A stretch of DNA of 63,651 nucleotides, filler included, from Octopus bimaculoides (GCF_001194135.2; 4 parts of 3 records of this genome joined end to end with filler, not necessarily neighbours in it), one strand, 5' to 3'. Numbered from the whole stretch's first letter, positions 51,663 to 63,651 are shown. The notes: generated from the sequence alone by a model not told the origin. Numbers and translations are program-made.

Positions 51663-52843
51663 CAGTAGTTCTCAGACAGGGTCCAAATGGCCCCTGAGGG
51701 TCCATATAAGATTTTGTGGGGTCCACACACCAAAATTGTAAATCAGGGATCTGCAATATTCCGTACAATTATTCGGAACTGAAGAGTACACATTTTATCT
51801 TTTATCTTCTACTTATTTCAACCAATAGATTGTGGCCATGCTGGGGCACCACCTTCACGGATCCACAATAGTATTTTAAGTGCCGTTGAAAAAAAATTTT
51901 GCTTTAGATGTATGCAGTGGTATGTATTACTAGAAACATCTAGGTTTGTTTCTCTATCGTTCTACATCAGTGGTTCCCAAACTTTTTAGAGACACGACCC
52001 ACTATTTATGACACCAGTTTATGGCGACCCACTTAACTCTACTGGGTTAGGGTTATATTAAATGTGAAACGATTTGTTTTATAACTGTTTCAACGTCTCC
52101 ATACCCTATGGGCAGGTATTAACTCTAATACAAAACCTCGAAGCAGTAACTGTTATCGGCTCGATCAGTGTTGTACTGTACCTAGTTTAAAGTTCTCTAT
52201 AAATAGGTAAAAACAGACTTTTCCTTTTTACGATTACGTACGAATAAATAACTTGAGAAAATGACCATCTCTGATTTGTTAAGTTCGTGAAAAAAGCCTA
52301 CTGCTTGATAAAACAATCAGTCTGGTATTGAAAACATGAGTCTTGAACTATCTCGATAGACAGCAGTTAATCAAAGCTAATGCGTAATTTTATAACTTGT
52401 TGCGACCCACTAGGATTCTGTTCGTGACCCATCAGTGGGTCGCAACTCATAGTTTGGGAATCACTGTTCTACATAGTTCAACCTACACAGAATAATTCAT
52501 CATCATTGTTTAACATTCACTTTCCATGCTGCCATGGGTTTGATGGTTTGACCTGAAGTTGGCTAGCAGCGAGACTGTTTGACATGGAGCTCACTTGCAA
52601 GGAGCTGTCCAGACTCCAACTGTCTGTTGTGGCATAGTTTTTTTTTATGGTTGGATGCCCTTCCTTAGTGCCAACCACTTAACAGTGTGCTGAGTGCTCT
52701 GTTAATGTGTGAAAACATTAATAAATAACATTCTATAAAACCAGTTTTTAAACATCGAATGGCTACGCGGTGGATCAGGGATCAACCAGAATAAAATAGT
52801 AATCAAAGGGGTCCATAGAGAAAAAATGGTTGAGACTCCACTC
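51663..52843. mobile_element. hAT-like MITE (outer)
   Basis: CAGTAGTTCTCA...TGAGACTCCACTC termini; 8-bp TSD cttaaggt (51655) and cttaagat (52844). Confidence 0.65.
51968..52466. mobile_element. hAT-like MITE (inner, 499 bp)
   Basis: CAGTGGTTCCCAAAC...GTTTGGGAATCACTG; perfect 8-bp TSD ttctacat at 51960-51967 and 52467-52474. Confidence 0.92.
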
Positions 52844-53624
52844 CTTAAGATAATCAAGCAATATTAGGGATTTTCCAGTGTGTGTACTCAAATTGTAATA
52901 CTCAAACAGAACCAATATGACATAGTTTATATGTGTATATATGGGAGTGGGGACAAGGTTGGCCCTTTGAATTAAGGGTACATTTTCTGCCTTTCTAATT
53001 TCAATTATTAGGGGGTAAAATGTTAGGGTAAGGTTGTGGTAATAAATGATATATGATAAGAGTTCCTTCTACACTCTAGTACTGAACCTTGGACTTCAGG
53101 AATGTGGAATAAACTTAACTGTTCAGCCATGCCTGTGTCAAAGTACTACGCACACCACACACACACACACACACATACACACACACACACATACACATGC
53201 ACACAAACACACCTATACACTTGTATACTCACCGATATGTATGCACATAGATACACACAAACACATGTGCATATATATGTGTGAAAGAGCATCAGAGAAA
53301 TATACAAAGAGTGAGAGAGAGAGAGAGAGAGTAAGAGAGAGCAAGAAAGAGAGTGAAAGCAAGAGAGAGAGTGAAAATGAGAGAGAGCGAAACGAAAGTG
53401 AGTGAGACCTTTTGTCGAAGATAATCTTGCAATGAAGAACATCACCCTCTCACCTCCGACCACCTTCACCACAATCATTAACAGTTACAGGTGACTTCTT
53501 AGAAATCACAGAATTGTTATATTTATTTATAGAAGTGACATCAAGTCTTTGATTATCGATTGACACCATTGCCTCTTTGTTGTAGTATTAGCAGTAGTAG
53601 TGGTGGTGGTGGTGGTGGTGGTTA

Positions 53625-54028
53625 TTCTTTTACTTGTTTCAGTCATTTTACTGTGGCCATGCTGGAGCACCGCCATTAGTTGAGCAAATCGATCCCAGGA
53701 CTTATTCTTTGTAAGCCTAGTACTTATTCTACCGGTCTCTTTTGCCGAACTGCTAAGTTACGGGGACGTAAACACACCAGCATCGGTTGTCAAGCGATGT
53801 TGGGGGGGACAAACACAGACACACGAACATATACACACACACATATATACATATATACATATATACGATGGGCTTCTTTCAGTTTCCGTCTACCAAATCG
53901 ACACACAAGGCTTTGGTCGGCCCAAGGCTATAGTAGAAGACACTTGCCCAAGGTGCCACACAGTGGGACTGAACCTGGAACCATGTGGTTGGTAAGCAAG
54001 CTACTTACCACACAGCCACTCCTACGCC
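53625..54028 (-). mobile_element. SINE family C, full length
   Basis: tRNA head, CORE-like segment, internal (TA/TG)n, and tail ...gactgaaacaagtaaaagaat. Confidence 0.88.
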
Positions 54029-54492
54029 TATAATGATGAGTATGATTCCTTCATCCTCCGCTTCTGCCACTGTCAAAGTTTCTTCTCTCTTTTCCTCCGG
54101 CTGTAGGCTTGTCTGTCCAGCTGTCCCTCTTTCTCTCTTTTTCACTCTCTCTTTCACTCTAACCCTCTCTCTCTCCCCCCTCTCCCCCTTAACTGATTTA
54201 TCAATTGTTCTCCAATCCCCCCACTCCTACCACAATTGACTGCTAGCCCTCCCTCCTCCCGTCATTTAACCATTGTCATTTTTTTTCCTTATTGTCCATG
54301 CCTCTGATTCATGACCACAATCAGCCAGACAAGAAATACCAACCAAATCTCAGTCAAATTGCACACCCTTGAAGGATACTTAATGGCTGTTTTTAGCTGG
54401 TTGAAGTTCTGTCAATAAGGCTCAATCAATGAGCAGTCATATGAATATATTTAAGTTCATAATTCGGGAGTTACCTAGTGTGCATGTGTGTA

Positions 54493-54545
<53 letters not shown>

Positions 54546-55489
54546 CTGGTAGCACGTTAGAAAATCATTCGAGTGAGGTCATTGCCAGTGCCGCTGGACT
54601 GGCTCCCATGTAGGTGACACGTAAAAAACACCTTTTTGAGTGTGGCCGTTGCCAGTACCGTGTGACTGGCCCTCGTGCCGGTGGCACGTAAAAGCACCCA
54701 CTACACTCTCGGAGTGGTTGGCATTAGGAAGGGCATCCAGCTGTAGAAACTTTGCCAGATCAAATTGGAGACTGGTGCAGCCTTCTGGCTTGCCAGTCTT
54801 CATTCAAATCGTCCAACCCATGCTAGCATGGAAAGCGGACGTTAAACGATGATGATGATGATGATGATATATATATATATATATGAGTGTGTGTGTATGT
54901 ATATATATATAAACATAAATATATGTATATATATATATGTATACACACACGCATACATGCACATTAAATATATATAACATTATTGTATGTTCTCTATCAT
55001 TCTCTGTCTTTGTCTATCTACATCTCTGTCTTTTCTACTTCCACCTTCTCTCACTCTGTCTCACTCACACAACTCACTCTCACTCACCCACTCAACTCTC
55101 GCTCGCACTCACTGTCCCTGTACTTCTTTTCACTATCCTATCTATCACATTGTGTACTTTTGTCCCCGTGTTTATCGCAAAAGATAGAGTAGACTTTGAA
55201 ACCTGCTCCACCTTATAGCTGTAGCATGTAAGAAGAAGAAATCAGAGAGTGACATACAAAGTATCTTTTAGCTTTGAGTTAAACCCCCTTTTAAATCTTC
55301 TCTGTTCAAATCAACACAGGAGCTCAAACATTTATCCTTCTTGGGTTGATAAAATATAGATATATATTGGGCTTGATATAACTTGATACAATTAACCCCC
55401 TCCCCCCAGCTCAACATGTGATCTGTGGTTTATGCTACAGATCAAGATTACTGCTGTTGTTTTTAAGATGTTGGAGGGTGGTGGAGTGG

Positions 55490-56620
55490 AAGAACCATTG
55501 GAGCATTGGATAAAATAATGCTTTGTGATTTTTAGTTAAGGGCCTTTTTATGTTCTGAGTTCAAATCCTGCCTTGGTCAGCTTCGCCTTTCATGCCTCCA
55601 GAGTTGATAAGATAACGAACCAGTCAAATACTGAGGTGTTTGGTATTGACTGATCCCTTTCCTTCAAAATAACTGGACTTGTGTTCGAATCAGAAGCCAT
55701 CCTCCTCCTCCTCCTGAACGAAAAGCTTAGTGGTATTTTGTCTGTCTCTCTACGTTCTGAGTTCAAATTCTGCTGAGGTCAACTTTGCCTTCTATCCTTT
55801 TGGAGTCAATAAATTAAGTACCAGTGAGACACTGGGGTTGTTGTAATCGACTAGACCCCTTCGCCTGTCTTAAATGTTCTGCGTTCAAATTCTGCCAAGG
55901 TTGACTTTGCCTTTCATCCTTTTGGAGGGTCGATGAAATAAGCACCATTTATGCCCTGGGATCAATGTAATTGACTAGTCGCCTCCCCGCAAAATTCCAG
56001 ACCTTGTGCTTTTAGTAGAAAGGATTATTACTATTATGGCAGTGATGAGCTGTTAGAATCGTTAGAACATCAAACAAAATGCTTAGTGCCATTTCTTTGT
56101 CTTTGCATTCTGAGTTTATATGATGCCTAATTTAGCTTCACCTTTCATCCATTTAGATTTGACAAAATAAGTACCAATGGATCACTCATTGGTCAATACA
56201 GTTGAGTGACCTTCTCCTCTAAAGATGCTGGCATTGTGCCAAGATTTGAAGCCATTATTATTATTGCTGTTGTTGTTGTTGTTCTTTTGGATTTGTAGAA
56301 TTGTTAGGATATTGAACAAAATGCCGTAACAGCACTTGTTCCAGCTCATTATGTTCGAAGTTCAAATCACAGGTCAGCTTTGCCCTTTCATTGCTGTCAT
56401 TCAATTACTGGTGTTCGTTTAATCAACTAGCCCCTCTCCCCTAAAATTTGAGGCTTTGTGTCTTAATTAGAAATTATCAAGGCGTTGGATTGGCTGAGTC
56501 ATTAGCGAGTCGGACAAAATAATGCTCTACGAGGCTTTTAATTCCAGTTCTTTATTTCTGAGTTCAAATCCTGCCGAGGTCAGCTTTGTCTTTCATCCTT
56601 TTGAGGTTGATGAAATAATG
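55490..56620 (+). repeat. Cluster of six same-strand decayed family A SINE copies
   Basis: ttctgagttcaaat-like boxes at about 55555, 55755, 55878, 56110, 56355 and 56556. Confidence 0.75.
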
Positions 56621-56811
56621 ATGATGATGGTGGTGGTGGTGATAAGTTCAAGGGTGGGGGACAAAATGATTACATCAACCCCATTTTATTGACCCCAAAA
56701 GGTTGACAGGCAAGATCAATCTCAGCAGGGTTTGGGCTCAGAACGTGAAGAGAGACGAAATGCCGCCAAGCATTTTACCTGACATACTAATGCATCTGCC
56801 AGCTTGCCACC

Positions 56812-56865
<54 letters not shown>

Positions 56866-57096
56866 GTAATAATAATAATAAGAAGAAGAAGACGAAGAAT
56901 GATAATAATAATAGTAATAATAATAATAATAAGAAGAAGAAGACGAAGAATGATAATAATAATAGTAATAATAATAATAATAANNNNNNNNNNNNNNNNN
57001 NNNNNNNNNNNNNNNNNNNNNNNNNNNTTAATTAATTAANNNNNNNNNNNNNNNNNNNNNNNNNNNNNNNNNNNNNNNNNNNNGAAGCTATGGCTT

Positions 57097-57319
57097 AATC
57101 AGTCAAAGGAGTAAATATAAACAACTGAATACTTGTCAGTGATTGGTTGAAATTATCGAAATAAGACAATTTTTTACATGAAATAAATTCGAATGCAAAA
57201 ATATTTTTCTGTTCTATAACACAAAATAGATAAGTATACGAAGTTTGAAAGTCTTTCCGTACCAAAAACACTACGTAAAACATTAATGAAAAATGTGGCC
57301 CCCGTTTTAAAAAAGATCC
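57097..57319. mobile_element. Right half of the GG-ended MITE (same family as 61401-61845)
   Basis: About 200 bp alignable to 61650-61845, ending cccgttttaaaaaagatcc. Confidence 0.85.
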
Positions 57320-57758
57320 CAATGGTTGATGAGAGCTGGTTGAGTGTGAGAGAAACATAAACTCAGATAAATATGTGTCCATATTGCAGAAAGGACCCCT
57401 TCCAATCTTCTCCAGTGGTAAAACATTTAAAGAAGACTTGTTATTTATGGAAGATAGGGATCCCTGCCATTCAGCTAAAAAGACTCAAGGTTGGTTGAAT
57501 GAGAATGGCATTAAAAAGCTTCCATGGCTCAGCCAGTCACCAGATATGAACTCTATTGAACACCTCTGGGGTATAATGGACAGGACACTTCATAAAAAAA
57601 GAACAAGAAGGTATCCTCAAACTCAGATCTTTTGAAATTACTGCATGAAACTTGGCAAGAAATTCCTCAAGGGAATATTCGTCATCTGATCAGTAGCACG
57701 CCTACAGGGTCCTTGCATTGAAAAAAATGCAAAGGGCATGTTTACTAAATATTAGATA
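57320..57758 (+). mobile_element. Second Tc1 transposase fragment
   Basis: ELVECERNINSDKYVSILQKG...FMEDRDPCHSAKKTQGWL...SPDMNSIEHLW; same family as 20690-21640. Confidence 0.88.
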
Positions 57759-58165
57759 TTCATCATCATCATCATCGTTTAACGTCCGCTTTCCATGCTA
57801 GCATGGGTTGGACGATTTGACTGAGGACTGGTGCAACCGGATGGCTACACCAGGCTCCAATCTAATTTGGCAGAGTTTCTACAGCTGGATGCCCTTCCTA
57901 ACGCCAACCACTGAGAGAGTGTAGTGGGTGCTTTTACGTGTCACCCGCACGAAAACGGCCACGCTCGAAATGGTGTCTTTTATGTGCCACCCGCACAAGA
58001 GCCAGTCCAGGGGCACTGGCAACGATCTCGCTCGAAAACCCTACAAGGCCAGTCAGGCGGTACTGGCAACGGTCACGCTCAGGATGGTACATCTTATGTG
58101 CCACCTGCACACATTATGATAATTAATAAATAATTTGCATGTATAATGTCAGATCTAAATGGATT

Positions 58166-58330
58166 TTAACAATTATAAGAGTCTCTGATTACTTCTGTTA
58201 TGTCTGTGTTTAATAGTATTTGGAAACAACTTTCAGATACAAGTGCTACCATTTGAAACCTTTGAAAGCTTTGCACGTCAGACACTAAACAAGCTAATGT
58301 GTCATCAGCAAAGAATCTACACATTTGGGT
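58166..58330 (-). mobile_element. LINE reverse-transcriptase remnant
   Basis: CRFFADDTLACLVSDVQSFQRF (YADD-type motif). Confidence 0.45.
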
Positions 58331-59292
58331 GGGGGTGGGGGGTGTTCCCCTCAACAACATTATTGCGCCCCACTGCACTTTCTGAGACGAGGCCTCTACA
58401 CGCTTGATCAACTGGTTAGAAGAAATAAAAACATTTAAAAACTAATATGTATCTTGGTCTATTAAATATTTGTTTTATTTCAATATTACTTTACATTATT
58501 TTAACTTAATACTTTGTGAAAATTTATACCTGTACAGAGAAAGGTGTGGTTTTGAGTGGTAAGAAGTTAGCTTTGTAACCACACTGCTCAAGGTTCAGTC
58601 CCACTGTGTGGCAACTTGTAAATTTGGTAAACAAAAACAGAAGGAAGATCGTTGTATAAATCATCAACATCATCTTCATCATCAAGCCAAGTGAAATCGT
58701 AGTCATGGCAGACACTGATGTCATGGAACTGGCACCCATGCCAGTAGCATATAAAAGTACCCCCTCCCCCATGTTACACTCTTAGAGTGGTTGGCATTAG
58801 GAAGAATACTACAAACCCTACGACCTACCCTTTTGTGTAGATAAAGCTAGATATATGGTTGCAGTACATTGAGAGTCTAACAGATTGTCTGACATTAACT
58901 GATTTATCACCATTAACTAGAATACAGCTGACAACTCAAAATGGATTTAATTCTAAATTGCTGAAAACTACTTTCTACATATTGTTGTTGGCACTCCGTC
59001 GGTTACGACGACGAGGGTTCCAGTTGATCCGATCAACAGAACATCCCCACTTCACTTGATGCTCTAAAAAAATGTTCTTATTTTGCTTAATGTTTAATCC
59101 AGCACAGTATACCTCCCACGCTGTCCATCTTTACAACCAGAGCATGCCTTTATGCAATCATACCTGACACCCAGAGCATCTCCACCATTGGAGTGCATCT
59201 GCCTGCCAATATATGTCTCATTCAGTCCACATACACCATTAGAGGTTGCCTCTGTTCTCATTATTCTTCATGCTAAATGCATCTTCATGGTC

Positions 59293-60190
59293 AAAGCAAA
59301 GCTGTATGGCACAAGTCTTGCATTCAATCATTCTATACTAACAGTCCTGAAAAGTGAAGTGAGCAATGTTGTACGAGTTGGCAGTGAGCTCCTCAAGAAA
59401 CACTCTCTTCCTGATGATCTCCTATACAGCCCCAAAACAGCTGGGCTCTCTTACCTCACAGAAGACCTGGATGGAAAGCACCCAGTATACAAAAGAAAGA
59501 TCATGCATGAAGAAAGAAAGAAAGACCCGGAATACAAAGGAAAGACCCGGAAGCATGAAGAAGACAGTAGAATTGACACGAAGCACAGCCTCTCTTGGAC
59601 ACAAGATCACCACATCACATCACACTTTGAAGGTTATGCACTTTCAATCCAGGAACAGGGGATTGCCACAAAGTACCTGGTGAACAAGAGAGACAGTAAT
59701 GCTCTTGTAATCTCAAAGTGCAATTGCATGTGTAGGCTATGATATGTTTCTGTGGAAGACATTATGCGTGTGATTAGCTGTCCTAAAATGTTGTCGCAGT
59801 ACGACCTCCCTATGTGACACGATGTTGTTGCTAAAACAATTTACAATGCCATCTGCGAAAAAGACTGTCCTGAAATAAAGTTAGAAAATCCCCCTGTTAT
59901 GAAATACATTCATAAATACCAACTCGAGGAATACTGGTGGAATATTCTCATCAAAACTTCTGTCAAATGTAAGGCCGGATATTGTTTGGGGCAGAGGAGC
60001 AAAGGTATGTGCCATCGTAGAGGTCAGCTGCCCTGCAGATATAAACATCTCTTTGAAAATCGAAGGAAAAGAGAATATCTATGGACAACTGCTTCGAAAT
60101 CTTCAGCTTCTGTATCCAGACTATGAATTCATATTCATACCAATAATAATTGGAACACTAGGTTTTGTTTGTAAATGCTTCTAAGGGAAT
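59293..60190 (+). mobile_element. R4/Dong- or CRE-like RLE retrotransposon 3' coding region, decayed
   Basis: SLSWTQDHHITSHFEGYALSIQEQGIATK...CMCRL..EDIMRVISCP...HDVVAKTIY...YWWN...RPDIVW...CAIVEVSCPAD....K..KENIY...FIPIIIGTLG: CCHC finger plus PD-(D/E)xK endonuclease. Confidence 0.88.
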
Positions 60191-61400
60191 CTGGGTAAAC
60201 TGGGAATATATTTTATGAATAAATGGACAGATAAATAAATAGATAGACAGATAAATAAATAAATGGAACGTAACATGCCAATACCAGTTGTGAAGCAGTG
60301 GTGGGTGAGAAATTCAGACACAGATCCAGACACATTCCAACACACATACACACACACGCACACACACATTGCAAAATCCTTTATGTGAAATATATACGAT
60401 AGGATTCTTTCTGTTTCTGTCAACCAAACCCACTGAGGAGGCTTTGATCAACTGGAAGCTATAGTACAAGACACTTGTCCCAGTCTCCATGCAGTGATAT
60501 CCAACTCGGAACCATGTGGTTGGGAAGCAAATTTCTTACCACACAGCCACGCCTACGCCTGTTATGAAACAAATATTGAAATAGTTGTTTAAAGACAAGA
60601 AATTTCATTGAAATTCAATTTATTTTTACAATTATTTTTTATCTAAAACGAAAATAATTGCATCAGTGTTTCACAGGAACCAGGAATCAGTCGTTTGTTA
60701 AGAATTACTTCCCCTTGACCACAATTTGCTAAGTTTCAATTACTTTTTCTCTGCTAAATTTTTCATTTGGTATTGTAAAAGATTAAAATATCTCTATTTA
60801 TACTAAATATATTGCTTGGGACATTTTTTTTTCAGCTCCACAGTGAAATTAAACTTTATTCTCAGAAAGGGGAAAAAAAATGAGCAGTGTTTAGTCACAA
60901 TTCGTGGAAAATGCTTTTCAAAAAAAATCTTATATGTATACCATTCTGCCTAAATAATGGATCTACAGATGCAATATCACTGCATATCTCACGTCTATTT
61001 TCATTCCTCCACTTCACTCTCTATCTCATATCTTCTCTAGAATAACTATTGCTTAACTCATTCTCTCACACCCTCTCCGATGAAGGGATATATAAAATAT
61101 CTTGGAAATATCTGTAGGACCGTCTATTTATAAATGTTCTGAAATCTTTCACAGCCTTGAATTTTTATCTCATTCTGAAAATTTATATATATATATAGTT
61201 TTTGGTTTACAAACCTCCGGGAGCAGGTTTACTCGTATAAAACGAAAATGACCATGAAGATGCATTTAGCATGAAGAATAATGAGAACAGAGGTAACCTC
61301 TAATGGTGTATGTGGACTGAATGTGACATATATTGGCGCCCCACTACACTTTCTGAGATGAGGCCTGTACACGCTTGATCAACTGGTTAGAAGAAATAAA

Positions 61401-61845
61401 GGATCTATTTTAAAACGGGAGCACCAGTATTTTCTTAACGAAACACTAACGAAACACTTTGAAACTTGGGACACTGGTAGAATGTGTCATATAAAACATC
61501 TTTTACTCTTAGTCTTCTTAACAAAAAAAAAGGAATTCGCAAGTTATTCCATGTTAAAGTTGTCGTATTTCTGTAATTTCAACCAATCACTGACGTCTAT
61601 TCNNNNNNNNNNAATACGATATACACCGTTACAGTGCTAACTGTTTTCAACTGAATAGACGTCAGTGATTAGTAGAAATTATTGAAATAAGACAATTTTT
61701 TACATGAAATAAATTCGAATACAAAATTTTTTTTCTGTTCTATAACACAAAATAGATAAGTATACGAAGTTTGAAAGTCTTTCGGTATCAAAAACACTAC
61801 ATAAAACATAAATGAAAACTGGTGCTCCCGTTTTAAAATAGATCC
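61401..61845. mobile_element. 445-bp MITE with perfect 28-bp TIRs, GG...CC ends and 8-bp TSD (Merlin- or MULE-like)
   Basis: TIR ggatctattttaaaacgggagcaccagt; TSD gaaataaa at 61393-61400 and 61846-61853; empty site at about 58420-58450. Confidence 0.93.
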
Positions 61846-63651
61846 GAAATAAAAACATTTAAAAACTAATATGTATCTTGGTCTGTTAAATATTTGTTTT
61901 ATTTCAATATTACTTTACTCCTTACTCTAACTCTTTTACTTGTGGTGTATGTGGACTGAATGAGACATATATTGGCAGGCAGATGCACTCCAATGGTGGA
62001 GATGTTCTGGGTGTCAGGTATAATTGCATAAAGGTATGCTCTGGTTGTAAAGATGGACAGCATGGGAGGTATACTAAGCAAAATAAGAACATTTTTTTAG
62101 AGCATCAAGGGAAGTGGAGATGGGGAATCACAGAAATGGTAAATGGTTTAGGGAACCTAAAAAATTACTTCAAACTTACTAAAATGATATTCAAAGTGGC
62201 TTATGCGATCAGAAATATAGAGGGGATCTTATAATAGATTTTGCAATTAGACAAAGTAAGAGAAGGCTTTTCAAATATAAATCAAGTAGAAGTATACAAG
62301 AACAAACATTATTTTCCATCTTCTTGTTTAGTTTTGTTTCATTTTGAAAAACAAATATATATTTTATGGTTTAATAATGTCTATATTTGAAATATGTGAA
62401 GGCGAGTGGCTTAGTGGTCAGGGCATTTGTCTCACGATCGTAAGGTCATGAGTTCAATTCCCGGCGACACGTTGTGTCCTTGAGCAAGACACTTTATTTC
62501 ACGTTGCTCCAGTCCACTCAGCTGGCAAAAAATGAGTTGTACCTGTAATTCGAAAGGGGCCAGCCTTGTCACACTGAATATCCCTGAGAACTACATTAAG
62601 GGTACACGTGTCTGTGGAGTGCTCAACCACTTGCACGTTAATATCACGAGCAAGCTGTTCCATTGATTGTATCAGTTGGGACCCTCGTCATCGTAACTGA
62701 TGGAGTGCTCCTTATATTTCAAATTTCATATATATAAGTGGGTACCAAAAACCTTCTAAGTGCTTAGGGCCTCATTGGGTCTTAATCTAGCCCTGGCAGG
62801 ATATTCATATAAAGCATTGAGCAGAAGGTGCAAATTCACTAAGTGGCAAAAATAATGAAACAGAAAGAACCATTGATGGTGTAGATGGTCTGAATCAGGT
62901 TGGTAACCAGACTCCATATTCCATATGGCTCTTGGGTGGGAGTGGGGTGTGTCTGTATAAGATTTTGTTGAAATTCATCTGCAGTAAATTGTTTATACTT
63001 CTAAAATACGTGAAATATTTTTATTTTCTCATATGATTCCTAATAATATTTAACGATAAAAAATATAAAATTATAGAATTCAACCCTTTAACATTCAGAT
63101 TCCTCTGTCAAATGTAATGCTTATTTATTCACATTGTTTTGCATTAATCATGGATTATCTTGTAGCTTTGAGATTTCAATGATGTGATTGTTTATTTTTA
63201 CCACACAGCCACTCCTACACCTATATCTCCAGCATTTTTTAAAACTATGGACCCCCTTTTTTTTACTGTTCTGTTCTGATGGATCCCCATAGCCATCTGA
63301 TATTTGTAAACTAGTTTTTACTTTCTAGATTTTCTTTTACCTCTTATTTGTTTCATTCATTGGACTGCGGCCATGCTGGGGCACCGCCTTGAAGAAACTT
63401 CTGTCAAATGAATCAACTCCAATACATATTTGTTTTTTTTTTTTTGTTTAAGCCTGGGACTAATTCTATCGGTTCCTTTTGCCAACCCGCTTAGTTGTCA
63501 AGCGAGTTGGGGGAGGGGGAGACACAGATACAAACAAACACACGCCATTACATTTAAAAGCAAAATTTATTCATGAACATTAAAATACTACTGTGAATGC
63601 TAAAATTCTGAGCTTTGGAGAATTTTTTAAAATTCTTCGAGGAAGCAAATT

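Noticed and set aside
55150-55220. Minus-strand FKVYSIFCDKHG as the Jade YCxKH exon
   Set aside because: In-frame stop just upstream, poor match to the Jade context, and no suitable donor or phase.
56866-56982. Asn/Lys-rich ORF with a 51-bp tandem duplication
   Set aside because: Slippage product of (AAT)n/(AAG)n next to a gap.

Overview
AT-rich, microsatellite-dense animal genomic DNA with roughly 7 kb of N gaps. The repeat landscape suggests an octopus/coleoid cephalopod (inference). One host gene is supported: the last three coding exons of a Jade-family PHD-finger HAT-complex scaffold (Jade1/2/3, Drosophila rhinoceros) on the minus strand at 35819-35939, 34447-34544 (runs into a gap) and 31023-33050. 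Its upstream PZP-domain exons were not found. The rest is transposon-derived: at least five tRNA-headed or SINE-like families, decayed non-LTR retrotransposons (Tx1/L1-like, RTE, R4/Dong-like), two Tc1 fragments, MITEs (hAT-like, Tigger-like, piggyBac-like, and a GG-ended 8-bp-TSD type) and foldback elements. Best leads: (1) a Tx1-like LINE that shares its 3' end with a Meta-like SINE and sits at a 12-bp motif of that SINE's own head, suggesting a self-targeting LINE-SINE pair that builds head-to-tail SINE arrays; (2) a three-layer nested insertion whose empty sites are also in the window; (3) foldback elements carrying tRNA-like Pol III boxes; (4) a SWIM-finger transposon-type fragment in the last Jade intron; (5) a long, unrecognised Jade C-terminal tail. 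Most ORFs in the supplied track are microsatellite or gap artefacts. Family assignments come from recalled motifs, not database searches.
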